Under the pieces are notes generated by a model that was not told the DNA's origin, did not search any database, and saw only the letters and a list, made by a program, of their open reading frames with translations. Position numbers and translations under genes: made by a program. A stretch of 64,000 nucleotides of DNA from an uncultured SAR86 cluster bacterium (GTDB taxonomy: Bacteria > Pseudomonadota > Gammaproteobacteria > Magnimaribacterales > AG-339-G14), in the NCBI GenBank assembly GCA_902563105.1, contig CACEVU010000001.1:221649-285648 (forward strand), given 5' to 3'. Shown here piece after piece: positions 36,410-45,893 of the stretch; the first letter of the stretch is position 1; every line of letters starts with the position of its first letter.

Positions 36410-39113
36410 ACTTAATTATTTCTTATTATTTTTTCTAATTAGCAACGCTTTTTCTCAGGCAAGTGATTATGAAGAATATCTGAGGTTTTTGCCTGAATCT
36501 GTTCGTTCCTCAGTAGAGTCTAGGTTATCCTCAGATGTTGAGGATTCATCTGAGTACAGAGACCTTAATAATTCCAGAGAGGAAATGTTTCAAAAAAAAG
36601 ACGAAGATAAAGAGTTAACAATTGAATACGATGAGTTCGGTAACGAAATACCCTCTTTTTTTGGATATGATTTATTCAAAGATCAAAATTCTTTTCAGCC
36701 TGTTGGAATAATTGCAGCACCTAGAGATTACGTTTTAGGACCAGGCGATGAACTAACAATTAGCTTTTCTGGAAGTATTCAGGGAATAAAAAAAGTCTCT
36801 ATAAATAGAGAAGGTAATATCTTTTTAAGAGAACTGGGCAATTTATCCTTAAACGGGTTAACATTTGACGAAGCATCTGCAAAACTAAAAAATGTCACTC
36901 AAGCATCCTTAATCGGAACGGATCTCGAAATATCTTTAAGTAGACTCAGAACTATCCAAGTCTTTGTTTTAGGTAACTCTAAAAGGCCTGGTTCTTACAA
37001 TCTATCCCCTCTGTCCTCAATTTCCAGCATTCTTTTTAATACCGAAGGCCCAACTGAAAATGGTTCGTTAAGAAAAATATCTCTTAAAAGAGCTAATGAA
37101 GAAATTGGCACACTTGATATGTATGAACTATTGATCAACGCCAATACATCAAATGATTTAAGGATTCAATCCGGAGATGCATTGTTAATTAATCCCGTTG
37201 GCAATAGAGTAAAAATTTGGGGAAATGTAAATAGACCCGCGATATATGAGGTTAAAGAAGACGAAAATTTTCAAAATATTCTAAATTTTGCTTCCGGATT
37301 TTCAAGCGAAGCAGATAGAAATAAAATCACATTAAGTCGGATCAATGATAATGGTCAAAGGGAATTTAAAGATTTTAGTTTCGATAAAATCAAATCTCTT
37401 AAATTGAAAGATTCGGATGAAATATTTATACATGATTTGTCTGGAAAATTATCAAATAATATTAGACTTGAGGGCTATTTGAACAATAAGGGTATTTATT
37501 CTTATATTGAGAATAGTAATCTCTCTGACTACATTGATGAAAATAATTTAACTGACGAAACCTATTTACCATTCAGTGTGGTTTCAAGAAAAGATGAAAG
37601 TGGGTCTAGGGAGTTTATCCCTATAGATTTGAATACCAATACTAGAGAAAATTTTAAACTTACTGCAAGCGATTTTGTTTATATATTTTCTGAGTATGAT
37701 ATTGATTTTATTAATTCAGCTTTACTTGCTGACGCTTTAGGCCTTCTTTCAGAAGAAGATAAAATTGAGTTAGATAAATTTTATGAAGAACAAAAAAGAA
37801 AATCGGATGAATCTTCACAATTAGAAAAAGTCTCAGTAAATCAACCCTCAATCCTCAGTCTTTCTGAGCAGGAATCTAAATTAGATGATGAAAAAAAAGA
37901 AGAATTAAATCTCAAAAATAAAAACTTAGTAAAGTTCATTGAGGACGACAGGTATCCTTGTAAGTCGTTAAAATATGTTGCTAAATTCAATGCTTCGACT
38001 TTAGTTTCTAATCTTAAAAGTTTAAAGTTCTCAACTTCTGAAACAAATATTTCAGACAGGCTGGGTTTGAATGAGGGCTGTCCGAAAATATTTGAAGACA
38101 ATCCGGATTTAATCATAGTTGCCTTAGAAAATGCTTCTTTGTTAAGTGGAGAAGTTAGAAAGCCAGGCTTTTATCCTATTACGAACAATATAAATCTTAA
38201 AAATCTCACTTCCTTTGCAGGAGGCGCCACCAATCTAGGAAAATCCGGCAATTACGAAATCTTCTACTCCGAAGAAAATATACAGAACATAAATTTTCAA
38301 AATTCTGAAAATATAATAAATTCAAATTCTTTTCCTAAATCTATTGTCCTCCAGCAAGATCCTGAAAAACAAGAAACCTTTTCTGTATCTATAAGCGGTT
38401 TTATAAAAAATCCAGGTACTTACTCTATTTCGAAGGGAGAAAAGTTGAGTTCGCTTTTAAAAAGAGCCGGAGGTTATGAAGTTAATGCTTATCCTTACGC
38501 TGGTGTATTTACAAGGGCTTCTGTAGCTAAAAGAGAAAAAAGAGCTTTTCTAAGAGCTGCCGACGAGCTAGAAGAAGGAATTGCCACATCTTTAACCAGT
38601 GGAGCCATTTCTAATACAGGCAATCCCCAATTAGCACTTTCTGTTATTTCAAATTTAATAACAAGATTGAAATCTATCTCGCCAGTTGGCAGGATTGTTA
38701 CTGAAATGGATTTAAATAATTTAAATAAAAACCCTGAAGTTGATATTATTCTTAACTCTGGAGACAGAATTTTTATTCCTTCCGAAAAATCTACAATTAC
38801 TGTTACAGGTGAGGTTTTATCCCCTACAAGTTTTGTTTATTCAAAAAACCTTCGAGTTAGTGATTATATTAAATTGGCAGGAGGTATCTCCGACTCTGCT
38901 GATAAAAAAGGAATTTTTGTAATATTACCTAATGGACAAGCTGTAAGAAATTTAGATGCTTGGCGAATAGGCAGAAGTAAAATTGAACCAGGATCTACAA
39001 TAATTGTGCCAAGAGATTCAGCTCCTTTCAATGCAATCTCAATTTTTAGAATTTTCACACCAATTCTAGCAAATTTTGCTACTGCAGCGGCTGCAATAAG
39101 CGCCTTAGACTAA
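36399..39113 (+). CDS. polysaccharide export protein, Wza-like with multiple SLBB repeats
   Basis: The tracked ORF starts at ATG 36351, inside nadK. The in-frame TTG at 36399 gives a clean signal peptide ((M)LNKLNYFLLFFLISNAFSQA). It has the Poly_export motif YVLGPGDELTISFSG. Six G-x-[VIL]-x-x-P-[GAT]-x-[YF]-like SLBB motifs are present: GNSKRPGSY, GNVNRPAIY, GYLNNKGIY, GEVRKPGFY, GFIKNPGTY, GEVLSPTSF. There is a hydrophobic C-terminal helix IFTPILANFATAAAAISAL. Confidence 0.75.
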   Translation: MLNKLNYFLLFFLISNAFSQASDYEEYLRFLPESVRSSVESRLSSDVEDSSEYRDLNNSREEMFQKKDEDKELTIEYDEFGNEIPSFFGYDLFKDQNSFQPVGIIAAPRDYVLGPGDELTISFSGSIQGIKKVSINREGNIFLRELGNLSLNGLTFDEASAKLKNVTQASLIGTDLEISLSRLRTIQVFVLGNSKRPGSYNLSPLSSISSILFNTEGPTENGSLRKISLKRANEEIGTLDMYELLINANTSNDLRIQSGDALLINPVGNRVKIWGNVNRPAIYEVKEDENFQNILNFASGFSSEADRNKITLSRINDNGQREFKDFSFDKIKSLKLKDSDEIFIHDLSGKLSNNIRLEGYLNNKGIYSYIENSNLSDYIDENNLTDETYLPFSVVSRKDESGSREFIPIDLNTNTRENFKLTASDFVYIFSEYDIDFINSALLADALGLLSEEDKIELDKFYEEQKRKSDESSQLEKVSVNQPSILSLSEQESKLDDEKKEELNLKNKNLVKFIEDDRYPCKSLKYVAKFNASTLVSNLKSLKFSTSETNISDRLGLNEGCPKIFEDNPDLIIVALENASLLSGEVRKPGFYPITNNINLKNLTSFAGGATNLGKSGNYEIFYSEENIQNINFQNSENIINSNSFPKSIVLQQDPEKQETFSVSISGFIKNPGTYSISKGEKLSSLLKRAGGYEVNAYPYAGVFTRASVAKREKRAFLRAADELEEGIATSLTSGAISNTGNPQLALSVISNLITRLKSISPVGRIVTEMDLNNLNKNPEVDIILNSGDRIFIPSEKSTITVTGEVLSPTSFVYSKNLRVSDYIKLAGGISDSADKKGIFVILPNGQAVRNLDAWRIGRSKIEPGSTIIVPRDSAPFNAISIFRIFTPILANFATAAAAISALD

Positions 39114-39114
39114 G

Positions 39115-40131
39115 TTGATCAAACTATTAGAAGATTATTTTTTATTCTTAACAAGAATTTTTCCACCTGAGTTTTCAAAAAATCTCACTCTTAAACTTTT
39201 AAGACTTGTTTATAACTTGAAATTGATAAATTTTTTTTCAATAAAAAAAGAATCAACAAAAACCAAATATTTAGTATCTTCTTTGTCGTTTAAAAATAGA
39301 ATAGGAATAGCAGGAGGTCTAGATAAAAATGCTGAATTCTTTCATATTTTCGGTTCTCTAGGATTTGGTTTTGTGGAGGTTGGAACAATTACCTTAGAGC
39401 CTCAAAAAGGAAATCCTAAACCAAGAATATTTAGATTTTTTAAAGATAAAAACTTGGTAAATTCTTTAGGATTTAATAACGTAGGTTCGGTTAAGGCTCT
39501 TGAAAATATAAAAAAATTAAAACCCATGTTTGACGGTATTTTGGGTGTAAGTATTGGAAAAAGCAAAACCACTAAGCTGAAGAATGCATGGCAAGACTAT
39601 ATCCATTTAATGGATTATTTTTATTTAGACGCAGATTATCTTGCAATAAATATTTCTTCGCCAAATACAACAAATCTTAGAGACTTATCTTCCAACGAAA
39701 ATATTGAGTTCCTTATTCAGAAAATTTCAGAAAAAAAAATTCAACTTACAAATCTTTATAAAAAAGATACGCCAATTTTTATAAAACTTTCTCCGGATGA
39801 AGAAGAATTAAATTTAGAAAAAATAATACGCTTTTCAGAGGATTATAATCTTGATGGATTTATTTGTTCTAACACAACTACCGATCATTCATACCCAATG
39901 TCTGGTGGAATGAGCGGTTCTTCTTTGAAACAAAAAGCGCTAGATTTACAAAAAAAGGTCGCAGAAATAAAAAAAGATAAATCTTTTTTAATTGCTTCAG
40001 GGGGCGTAATGAGTGCAGATGATGTTCAGGAAAGATTGCGTAACTCTGCAGACCTGGTTCAGCTTTATTCAGGCTACATATATTACGGAAATTCTCTATT
40101 ACGAGACGCCTTAGAAATCTCGTCTTCTTGA
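39115..40131 (+). CDS. pyrD: dihydroorotate dehydrogenase (quinone), class 2
   Basis: 338 aa with a TTG start. It has GIAGGLDKNAE, GFGFVEVGTIT, PRIFR, GFNN and INISSPNT (catalytic Ser). Confidence 0.92.
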   Translation: MIKLLEDYFLFLTRIFPPEFSKNLTLKLLRLVYNLKLINFFSIKKESTKTKYLVSSLSFKNRIGIAGGLDKNAEFFHIFGSLGFGFVEVGTITLEPQKGNPKPRIFRFFKDKNLVNSLGFNNVGSVKALENIKKLKPMFDGILGVSIGKSKTTKLKNAWQDYIHLMDYFYLDADYLAINISSPNTTNLRDLSSNENIEFLIQKISEKKIQLTNLYKKDTPIFIKLSPDEEELNLEKIIRFSEDYNLDGFICSNTTTDHSYPMSGGMSGSSLKQKALDLQKKVAEIKKDKSFLIASGGVMSADDVQERLRNSADLVQLYSGYIYYGNSLLRDALEISSS

Positions 40132-40165
40132 CAAAACTGTAAAAAATAATTCATATTAAAAAAGG

Positions 40166-42739
40166 ATGAAAAATTTAGTTATAGTCGAATCTGGAGCAAA
40201 AGCTACTAAGATTACAGAATACTTGGATAAAAATTTCCCCGATCAACAGTGGGAAGTTGCAGCATGCCTGGGTCATATAAGAGATCTTCCAGATAATGAG
40301 AATGCTGTTAATCCAAATAATTGGGCGGATTTGTCTTGGGAAGAAACTCAAAAAGGAAAGAAAACTATTAGAGAATTAAGAAAAATTTGCAAGACAATAG
40401 ATACACTTTACTTAGCAACGGATCCTGACAGAGAGGGTGAAGCAATATCATGGCATTTGCTATCAGATTTTTCTAATAAAAAACTTCTTGAAGATAAAGA
40501 ATTCAAAAGAATAACTTTTAATGAGATTACTTCTTCAGCAATAAAGCAGGCGATAAATTCCCCAAGAGAAATAGATCAGGATTTGGTTGACGCATACTTG
40601 GCGAGAAGAATTTTAGACCATTTGATTGGTTTTAAGGTCTCCCCACTTGTCTGGAGACATGCACCGCCGGCAAAATCAGCTGGAAGGGTTCAATCTCCCT
40701 CATTAAGAATAATTTGTGAACGAGAAACTGAAAGAGATAAGCACATCAAAGAAGAATACTGGCCGATCTCTAGTAAGTTTAACTTTGAAGAATTTATCTT
40801 TGACGCTGAATTGAATAAAATTGATGGTATTGATTTGAAAAAAAAGCCTATCGCGTCTGGAGAGGAAGTAAAAGAAATTACTTCGGAACTTGAAGCTTCA
40901 GATTTTTATGTAGATTCTATCGAGACAAAACCTCAAAGTAGCTCTCCTAATCCTCCTTTTAGAACATCAACCTTACAAATGACAGCAAGTAGCTTTCTAG
41001 GCTTTACTGCTGATAGAACAATGAGATCAGCACAAAGTCTTTACGAGGCTGGGTTGATTACTTATTTGAGAACAGATGGGATAAACATTAGCACTTCTCC
41101 TAATACGGGAGAGCCTTTCAGTGAAGAAAATCCTGGTCCTCCGCCTTTAGAAGAAATTAGGAATGTAATTTCTGAAAGATTTGGAGATAAATTTTTATCT
41201 AATGAGGTGAGAGTTTATAAATCAAAAGTAAAAAATTCTCAGGAAGCTCATGAAGCAATAAGACCAACAAATATTAAAAACTATCCAGAAAACATAAATT
41301 TAGGACAAGACGAACAAAAATTGTACACATTAATTTGGAATAGGACTGTATCTAGTCAAATGTCTAACTCTGAACACGAAAGAAAAAAAATTGTAGTTTG
41401 CTCTAAAAATGATAAGTACTCATTCAATGCCTCTTCCAGAAAGACTTTATTTGAGGGATTCGAAACTTTAACAAAAAAAGATCTGACTCAGGTAATTGAT
41501 TTTCCAGACGAACTTAAGGAAAACGTAAAAATAAAATTATCAGATATTATATCTGAGCAAAAATTCACTTTACCTCCTAATAGATACTCTGAAGCCTCTC
41601 TAATAAAGAAAATGGAAGAACTTGGTATTGGAAGACCCTCAACATATGCTTCTACTGTGAAGGGTTTGAGAGACAAAAAATACGCTTATGGCGCTAAGTC
41701 AATTGCACCTTCGGACTTAGGGAGAGTTTTAAACTCATATTTAAGCGGAGTCTATAAAGAATTTTTCATTGAGACAAAATTTACAGCCGAACTTGAAGCT
41801 GAATTAGATAAGATCGCTGAAGGAAGTATTTCTTGGACTGAGGTTTTAGATAAATTTTGGAAAGAGCTCCAAAATTATTTGAGCAAAGAAATCGATGGTG
41901 TGCCTTTAAACGATAGTGAAAATTTTAAAACAAGACAAGTTCTTGATCTTTTGAATGAAGAACTTGAAGAGGTTATTTTCCCAAGAGATGAAGAAGGAAA
42001 AACAATTAGAGACTGTCCTAAATGTGGAAGTAATACTAGTTTGAAAAAAGGAAAATTTGGCTATTTTGTTGGTTGCTCAGAATGCAAATGGACAAAAAAA
42101 CCATTCGATTTTTCTACTACTTGGGAGACTTATAAGGAACTTCCAAAGGATTTAGGCATTCATCCTGACCTTAATGAGACTATTTTTGCAGACATGAGTA
42201 TTAATGGTCCTTGTGTTTGGACTATGAGAGAAGATAAGAAAATCTTTGGAAGTCCCGATGAAGACGAAAATATCCTGGATATTGGATTGAATAGAGCCGT
42301 TGAACTCATTGAGCGCGATTCTGGAGAAAACATTTTATTTACCGAAGAAATAAGTGGTATTCCAATTTATTTAAAGAACGGAAGATTTGGAGAATACACA
42401 GAATTCGACGGTTTTAACAAAGCTTCCAAACTGCCTCCTGAGGACAAACCAAAAAATCCTAAAGTTTCTTATTACAATCCTCACGAACTTGATTATGAAA
42501 ATGAAGAAACTCGATCATTTGTCTTAAAATCACTAAGAATTCTTGGTTTTCACCCTCAAGATAATAGACCAATTGGTATAAAAATTAGAAAACCTGGCAA
42601 GGCTTTTAAGTTTGTTAAATTTATTAAATGTGGCGAGAAAGAAGTTGAATGTCCAAATGATTTTTATAAGTTAGAAGATGAAGACCAGGATAATTTAATA
42701 AAAGAAGCTTTTTCAATCGATAGCTTTAAGAAAATTTAA
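40166..42739 (+). CDS. topA: DNA topoisomerase I
   Basis: 857 aa. It has TOPRIM LATDPDREGEAISWH, the active-site region ITYLRTDG, and a C-terminal zinc ribbon CPKCGS...GCSECKW. Confidence 0.97.
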   Translation: MKNLVIVESGAKATKITEYLDKNFPDQQWEVAACLGHIRDLPDNENAVNPNNWADLSWEETQKGKKTIRELRKICKTIDTLYLATDPDREGEAISWHLLSDFSNKKLLEDKEFKRITFNEITSSAIKQAINSPREIDQDLVDAYLARRILDHLIGFKVSPLVWRHAPPAKSAGRVQSPSLRIICERETERDKHIKEEYWPISSKFNFEEFIFDAELNKIDGIDLKKKPIASGEEVKEITSELEASDFYVDSIETKPQSSSPNPPFRTSTLQMTASSFLGFTADRTMRSAQSLYEAGLITYLRTDGINISTSPNTGEPFSEENPGPPPLEEIRNVISERFGDKFLSNEVRVYKSKVKNSQEAHEAIRPTNIKNYPENINLGQDEQKLYTLIWNRTVSSQMSNSEHERKKIVVCSKNDKYSFNASSRKTLFEGFETLTKKDLTQVIDFPDELKENVKIKLSDIISEQKFTLPPNRYSEASLIKKMEELGIGRPSTYASTVKGLRDKKYAYGAKSIAPSDLGRVLNSYLSGVYKEFFIETKFTAELEAELDKIAEGSISWTEVLDKFWKELQNYLSKEIDGVPLNDSENFKTRQVLDLLNEELEEVIFPRDEEGKTIRDCPKCGSNTSLKKGKFGYFVGCSECKWTKKPFDFSTTWETYKELPKDLGIHPDLNETIFADMSINGPCVWTMREDKKIFGSPDEDENILDIGLNRAVELIERDSGENILFTEEISGIPIYLKNGRFGEYTEFDGFNKASKLPPEDKPKNPKVSYYNPHELDYENEETRSFVLKSLRILGFHPQDNRPIGIKIRKPGKAFKFVKFIKCGEKEVECPNDFYKLEDEDQDNLIKEAFSIDSFKKI

Positions 42740-43338
42740 GAAAAGTCTCTCAAAAGACCCACACAGGTTCCTTCAAAAACAAGACTTTCTTTTGTTGGAT
42801 TGATTTCTAAATCTTCATAGGAAGAATTTTCAGGCTTTAAAATTACCAGTTTATTTGATAATTTCAGTAGTGTTTTAACAGTCACTTCATTATTAATCCT
42901 AGCAACAACAATATTTCCAGTTTTTACTGGTAAATTCTTATTAATTGCAATTAGATCATTCTCAAATATACCTACATCAATCATGCTATCTCCCTTTACT
43001 TTAAGATAAAAATCTACTCCATGAGACAATATTCCAGGATTTTTAGGCAAAGTCTTTTCAATATTTTCTTCAGCTAATATAGGCCCCCCAGCACTAACTA
43101 AACCGATAACTGGAATTCCAGATGATTCGTTATTCAAAGTAATCCCTCTAGACGTTCCAGCTGCCAAATCAAGAACGCCTTTCTTCTTCAAAGCTTTTAG
43201 ATGATCTTCTGCAGCATTAGGAGATTTAAATCCAAAAGTTCTAGATATTTCAGAGCGTGTGGGTGGGTAACCATTGCTTTCAATTTCCTCTTTAATAAAA
43301 TTGAAAATTTCGCTTTGCCTTTTTGTAAGATTTTTCAT
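42736..43338 (-). CDS. lexA: LexA repressor
   Basis: 200 aa. It has MKNLTKRQSEIFNFIKEEIESNGYPPTRSEI, the cleavage/peptidase region VKGDSMIDVGI, and VVARINNEVTVK. Confidence 0.95.
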   Translation of the reverse strand: MKNLTKRQSEIFNFIKEEIESNGYPPTRSEISRTFGFKSPNAAEDHLKALKKKGVLDLAAGTSRGITLNNESSGIPVIGLVSAGGPILAEENIEKTLPKNPGILSHGVDFYLKVKGDSMIDVGIFENDLIAINKNLPVKTGNIVVARINNEVTVKTLLKLSNKLVILKPENSSYEDLEINPTKESLVFEGTCVGLLRDFS

Positions 43339-43358
43339 AACTGTAATTATATACAGTA
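43339..43358 (-). promoter_or_regulatory. SOS box (LexA operator) of lexA
   Basis: The minus-strand sequence is TACTGTATATAATTACAGTT. CTGT-N8-ACAG lies at 43341-43356. It ends 2 nt before the lexA ATG (43338-43336). Confidence 0.8.
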
Positions 43359-43453
43359 TTTAGGTTTTATGTAATAGTTTCATATATAATTAAAAAGTGT
43401 GTAAAATATATTTTTTTATAATCTACTGAAATATAGTATATTAAGTTAAAGAG

Positions 43454-44428
43454 ATGAAATTCCAGCAATTAGTTTATGTAAGAGAGGTCGCAAGAAGCAA
43501 CTTAAATGTTTCTAAGGCTTCAAAGACTCTTTTTACTTCCCAACCAGGTATAAGCAAACAAATCAAACTCCTTGAAGAAGAGCTGGATGTAGAGCTTTTC
43601 GAAAGATCAGGCAAGCATCTTGTTGCTATTACTCCCGTAGGAGAGAGAATTCTGGAACAAATAGAAGAAATTTTAGCTTTAGTTGATGGTATTAAACATG
43701 CTGCAACTGAATTTTCAGATGAAGAATATGGAACTTTGAGTATTGCAACGACTCATACTCAAGCAAAATTTACTCTTCCTAAAGTTGTAGATAAATTTGT
43801 CAAAAGATATCCAAATGTACATTTTCAAATGCACCAATGCACTCCTGATGAATCGGTTGAAATGGCTGCAAAAGGGGAAGTTGATATTGCTGTTTGGACA
43901 GAGACAACTGAAAAAGGTGAGAACCTAGTAAAAATGCCTTGCTACAAATGGTCTAGAAGTATCATTGTCCCAAAAGGCCATCCTTTAGCTTCTATCCCAA
44001 AAATAAAATTAAAAGATCTATCTCAGTATCCAATAGTTACATATGTTTTTGGTTTTACTGGAAGCAACGATTTAGATAGGGCTTTTTTTGAAAGAGGTTT
44101 AAAGGCGAACGTAGTATTTACTGCAACAGATGCTGACGTGATTAAAACTTATGTAAAAATGGGAACAGGTGTGGGAATTATCGCGAGTATGGCTTTTAAT
44201 GAAGAAGAAGATAAAGACCTAATATCAATTCCTGCAAATCACTTATTCGACTCAGGAACAACATACATGGGCTTCAGAAGAGGAACTTACTTGAGAAGTC
44301 ATTTATTTGAATTCATAAACATGTTTGCACCTCATCTCTCAAAGAAAATAGTTGCCAAAGCTTGTGCAACCAAATCAAAGAAAGATTTAGATAAAGTATT
44401 CGAAAGCATAAAACTTATCCGAAGGTAA
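43454..44428 (+). CDS. cysB: LysR-family transcriptional regulator, CysB-like
   Basis: 324 aa. The N-terminus MKFQQLVYVREVARSNLNVSKASKTLFTSQPGISKQIKLLEEELDVELFERSGKHL is collinear with CysB/Cbl as I remember it. The cysB-thrH neighbourhood is also seen in Pseudomonas. Confidence 0.75.
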   Translation: MKFQQLVYVREVARSNLNVSKASKTLFTSQPGISKQIKLLEEELDVELFERSGKHLVAITPVGERILEQIEEILALVDGIKHAATEFSDEEYGTLSIATTHTQAKFTLPKVVDKFVKRYPNVHFQMHQCTPDESVEMAAKGEVDIAVWTETTEKGENLVKMPCYKWSRSIIVPKGHPLASIPKIKLKDLSQYPIVTYVFGFTGSNDLDRAFFERGLKANVVFTATDADVIKTYVKMGTGVGIIASMAFNEEEDKDLISIPANHLFDSGTTYMGFRRGTYLRSHLFEFINMFAPHLSKKIVAKACATKSKKDLDKVFESIKLIRR

Positions 44429-44430
44429 GT

Positions 44431-45027
44431 ATGGTTCACCTGTGTTTAGATTTTGAGGGAGTTCTCATTCCTGAAATTTGGCAGCGCTTGGCAAAAGAGG
44501 TTAACTCGGACGATCTAATGCTTACTACCCAAGACCTCAAAGACTACGATGAGCTGATGTCTTTACGTATGAAGGTAGTAAATGAAAACAATATTAAGCT
44601 TAGTGATATTCAAAAAATTGTAAAAGACATTGAACCTTTTGAGGGAGCCCAAGAATTTCTTGAATGGGCAAGGTCAAAATTTCAAGTGACAATCGTTTCA
44701 GATACTTTTTATGAATTAGCTTGGCCATTAGTAGAAAAGCTTGGCTATCCATCAATCATTTGTCACAACATGTCAGTTGAAGACGATAAAATTACTGGCT
44801 ATAAACTTCGCCAACCAAATAATAAACAAAGAGTAATTGAGGCTTTACAGTCTCTGAAATTCAAAGTTTTTGCTTCAGGAGATTCATACAATGACATCAA
44901 CATGCTTAATACAGCGGACCTAGGAATTTTTTTTCAAGCACCCGACCACATAAAAAAAGATTATCCTCATTTATTGACCGCATCATCGCACGATGAATTA
45001 AAAAAAATTTTGGAGGATAACATCTGA
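44431..45027 (+). CDS. thrH: phosphoserine phosphatase / homoserine phosphotransferase ThrH
   Basis: 198 aa. CLDFEGVLIPEIW ... VTIVSDTFYELAWPL ... GYKLRQPNNK ... ASGDSYNDINML is collinear with P. aeruginosa ThrH as I remember it. Confidence 0.8.
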   Translation: MVHLCLDFEGVLIPEIWQRLAKEVNSDDLMLTTQDLKDYDELMSLRMKVVNENNIKLSDIQKIVKDIEPFEGAQEFLEWARSKFQVTIVSDTFYELAWPLVEKLGYPSIICHNMSVEDDKITGYKLRQPNNKQRVIEALQSLKFKVFASGDSYNDINMLNTADLGIFFQAPDHIKKDYPHLLTASSHDELKKILEDNI

Positions 45028-45890
45028 TGAAAAATTCTTTTTTTGAGTTGCTCAAAAATGAAAAGCCATTATCTGTAGCCGGTACAATAAATTCATATAC
45101 AGCATTACTAGCAAAAAAATCGGGTGTTAAATCTTTATATATATCAGGAGCAGGTGTAGCAAACGCATCATACGGCCTTCCTGACTTGGCATTAACTTCA
45201 TTAGACAACGTATTAGAAGATTTACGACGAATAAGAGGAGTTAGTGATCTGCCAATTTTGGTTGATTGTGATACCGGATGGGGGTCTGCTTTAAATATTT
45301 CAAAAACTACTAGAGAAATGATTGCCTCAGGCGCATCAGGAATTCACATTGAGGATCAAGCCTCTGATAAGAGATGCGGACACAGACCCAATAAAGAAAT
45401 TGTTTCAACAGAAGAAATGTGCGACAGAATTAAAGCGGCAAAAGACGCTGCTACAGATGAAAACTTTATGTTGATGGCAAGAACCGATGCGTTTGCCAAT
45501 GAAGGTATAGAAGGAACAATTGAGAGATCAAATAAATACATTGATGCAGGTGCCAACGCGTTATTTCCGGAGGCAATTAACTCTTTAGATGATTATAAAG
45601 TCATATCTGAAAGCGTCTCGGTACCTGTATTGGCAAATATAACTGAATTCGGGCTAACCCCATTATTTACAAAGCAAGAACTTAAAGAAGCCGGAATAAG
45701 TTTAATTCTGCATCCTTTAAGTGCTTTTAGAGCGATGTCAAAAGCAGCCTCAGAAGTATATTCAGCAATTTCTTCTGAAGAAAACCTAGAAGGAATTATT
45801 GAAAAAATGCAATCTCGAGATGAATTATATGAGATTCTCGACTATCATACGTACGAAAAAAAAATTGACGATTTATTTTCTAAGGAATAA
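45027..45890 (+). CDS. prpB: methylisocitrate lyase
   Basis: 287 aa. It has VDCDTGWG, IHIEDQASDKRCGHRPNKEIV and MARTDA. Its ATG overlaps the thrH stop (ATGA). Confidence 0.9.
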   Translation: MKNSFFELLKNEKPLSVAGTINSYTALLAKKSGVKSLYISGAGVANASYGLPDLALTSLDNVLEDLRRIRGVSDLPILVDCDTGWGSALNISKTTREMIASGASGIHIEDQASDKRCGHRPNKEIVSTEEMCDRIKAAKDAATDENFMLMARTDAFANEGIEGTIERSNKYIDAGANALFPEAINSLDDYKVISESVSVPVLANITEFGLTPLFTKQELKEAGISLILHPLSAFRAMSKAASEVYSAISSEENLEGIIEKMQSRDELYEILDYHTYEKKIDDLFSKE

Positions 45891-45893
45891 TTC

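Noticed and set aside
43424-43438. A second SOS-like palindrome, TACTGAAATATAGTA, in the lexA/cysB divergent region.
   Set aside because: The spacing is too short and the ACAG half-site is missing (TACTG-N6-AGTA rather than CTGT-N8-ACAG). This is a likely chance palindrome in A/T-rich DNA.
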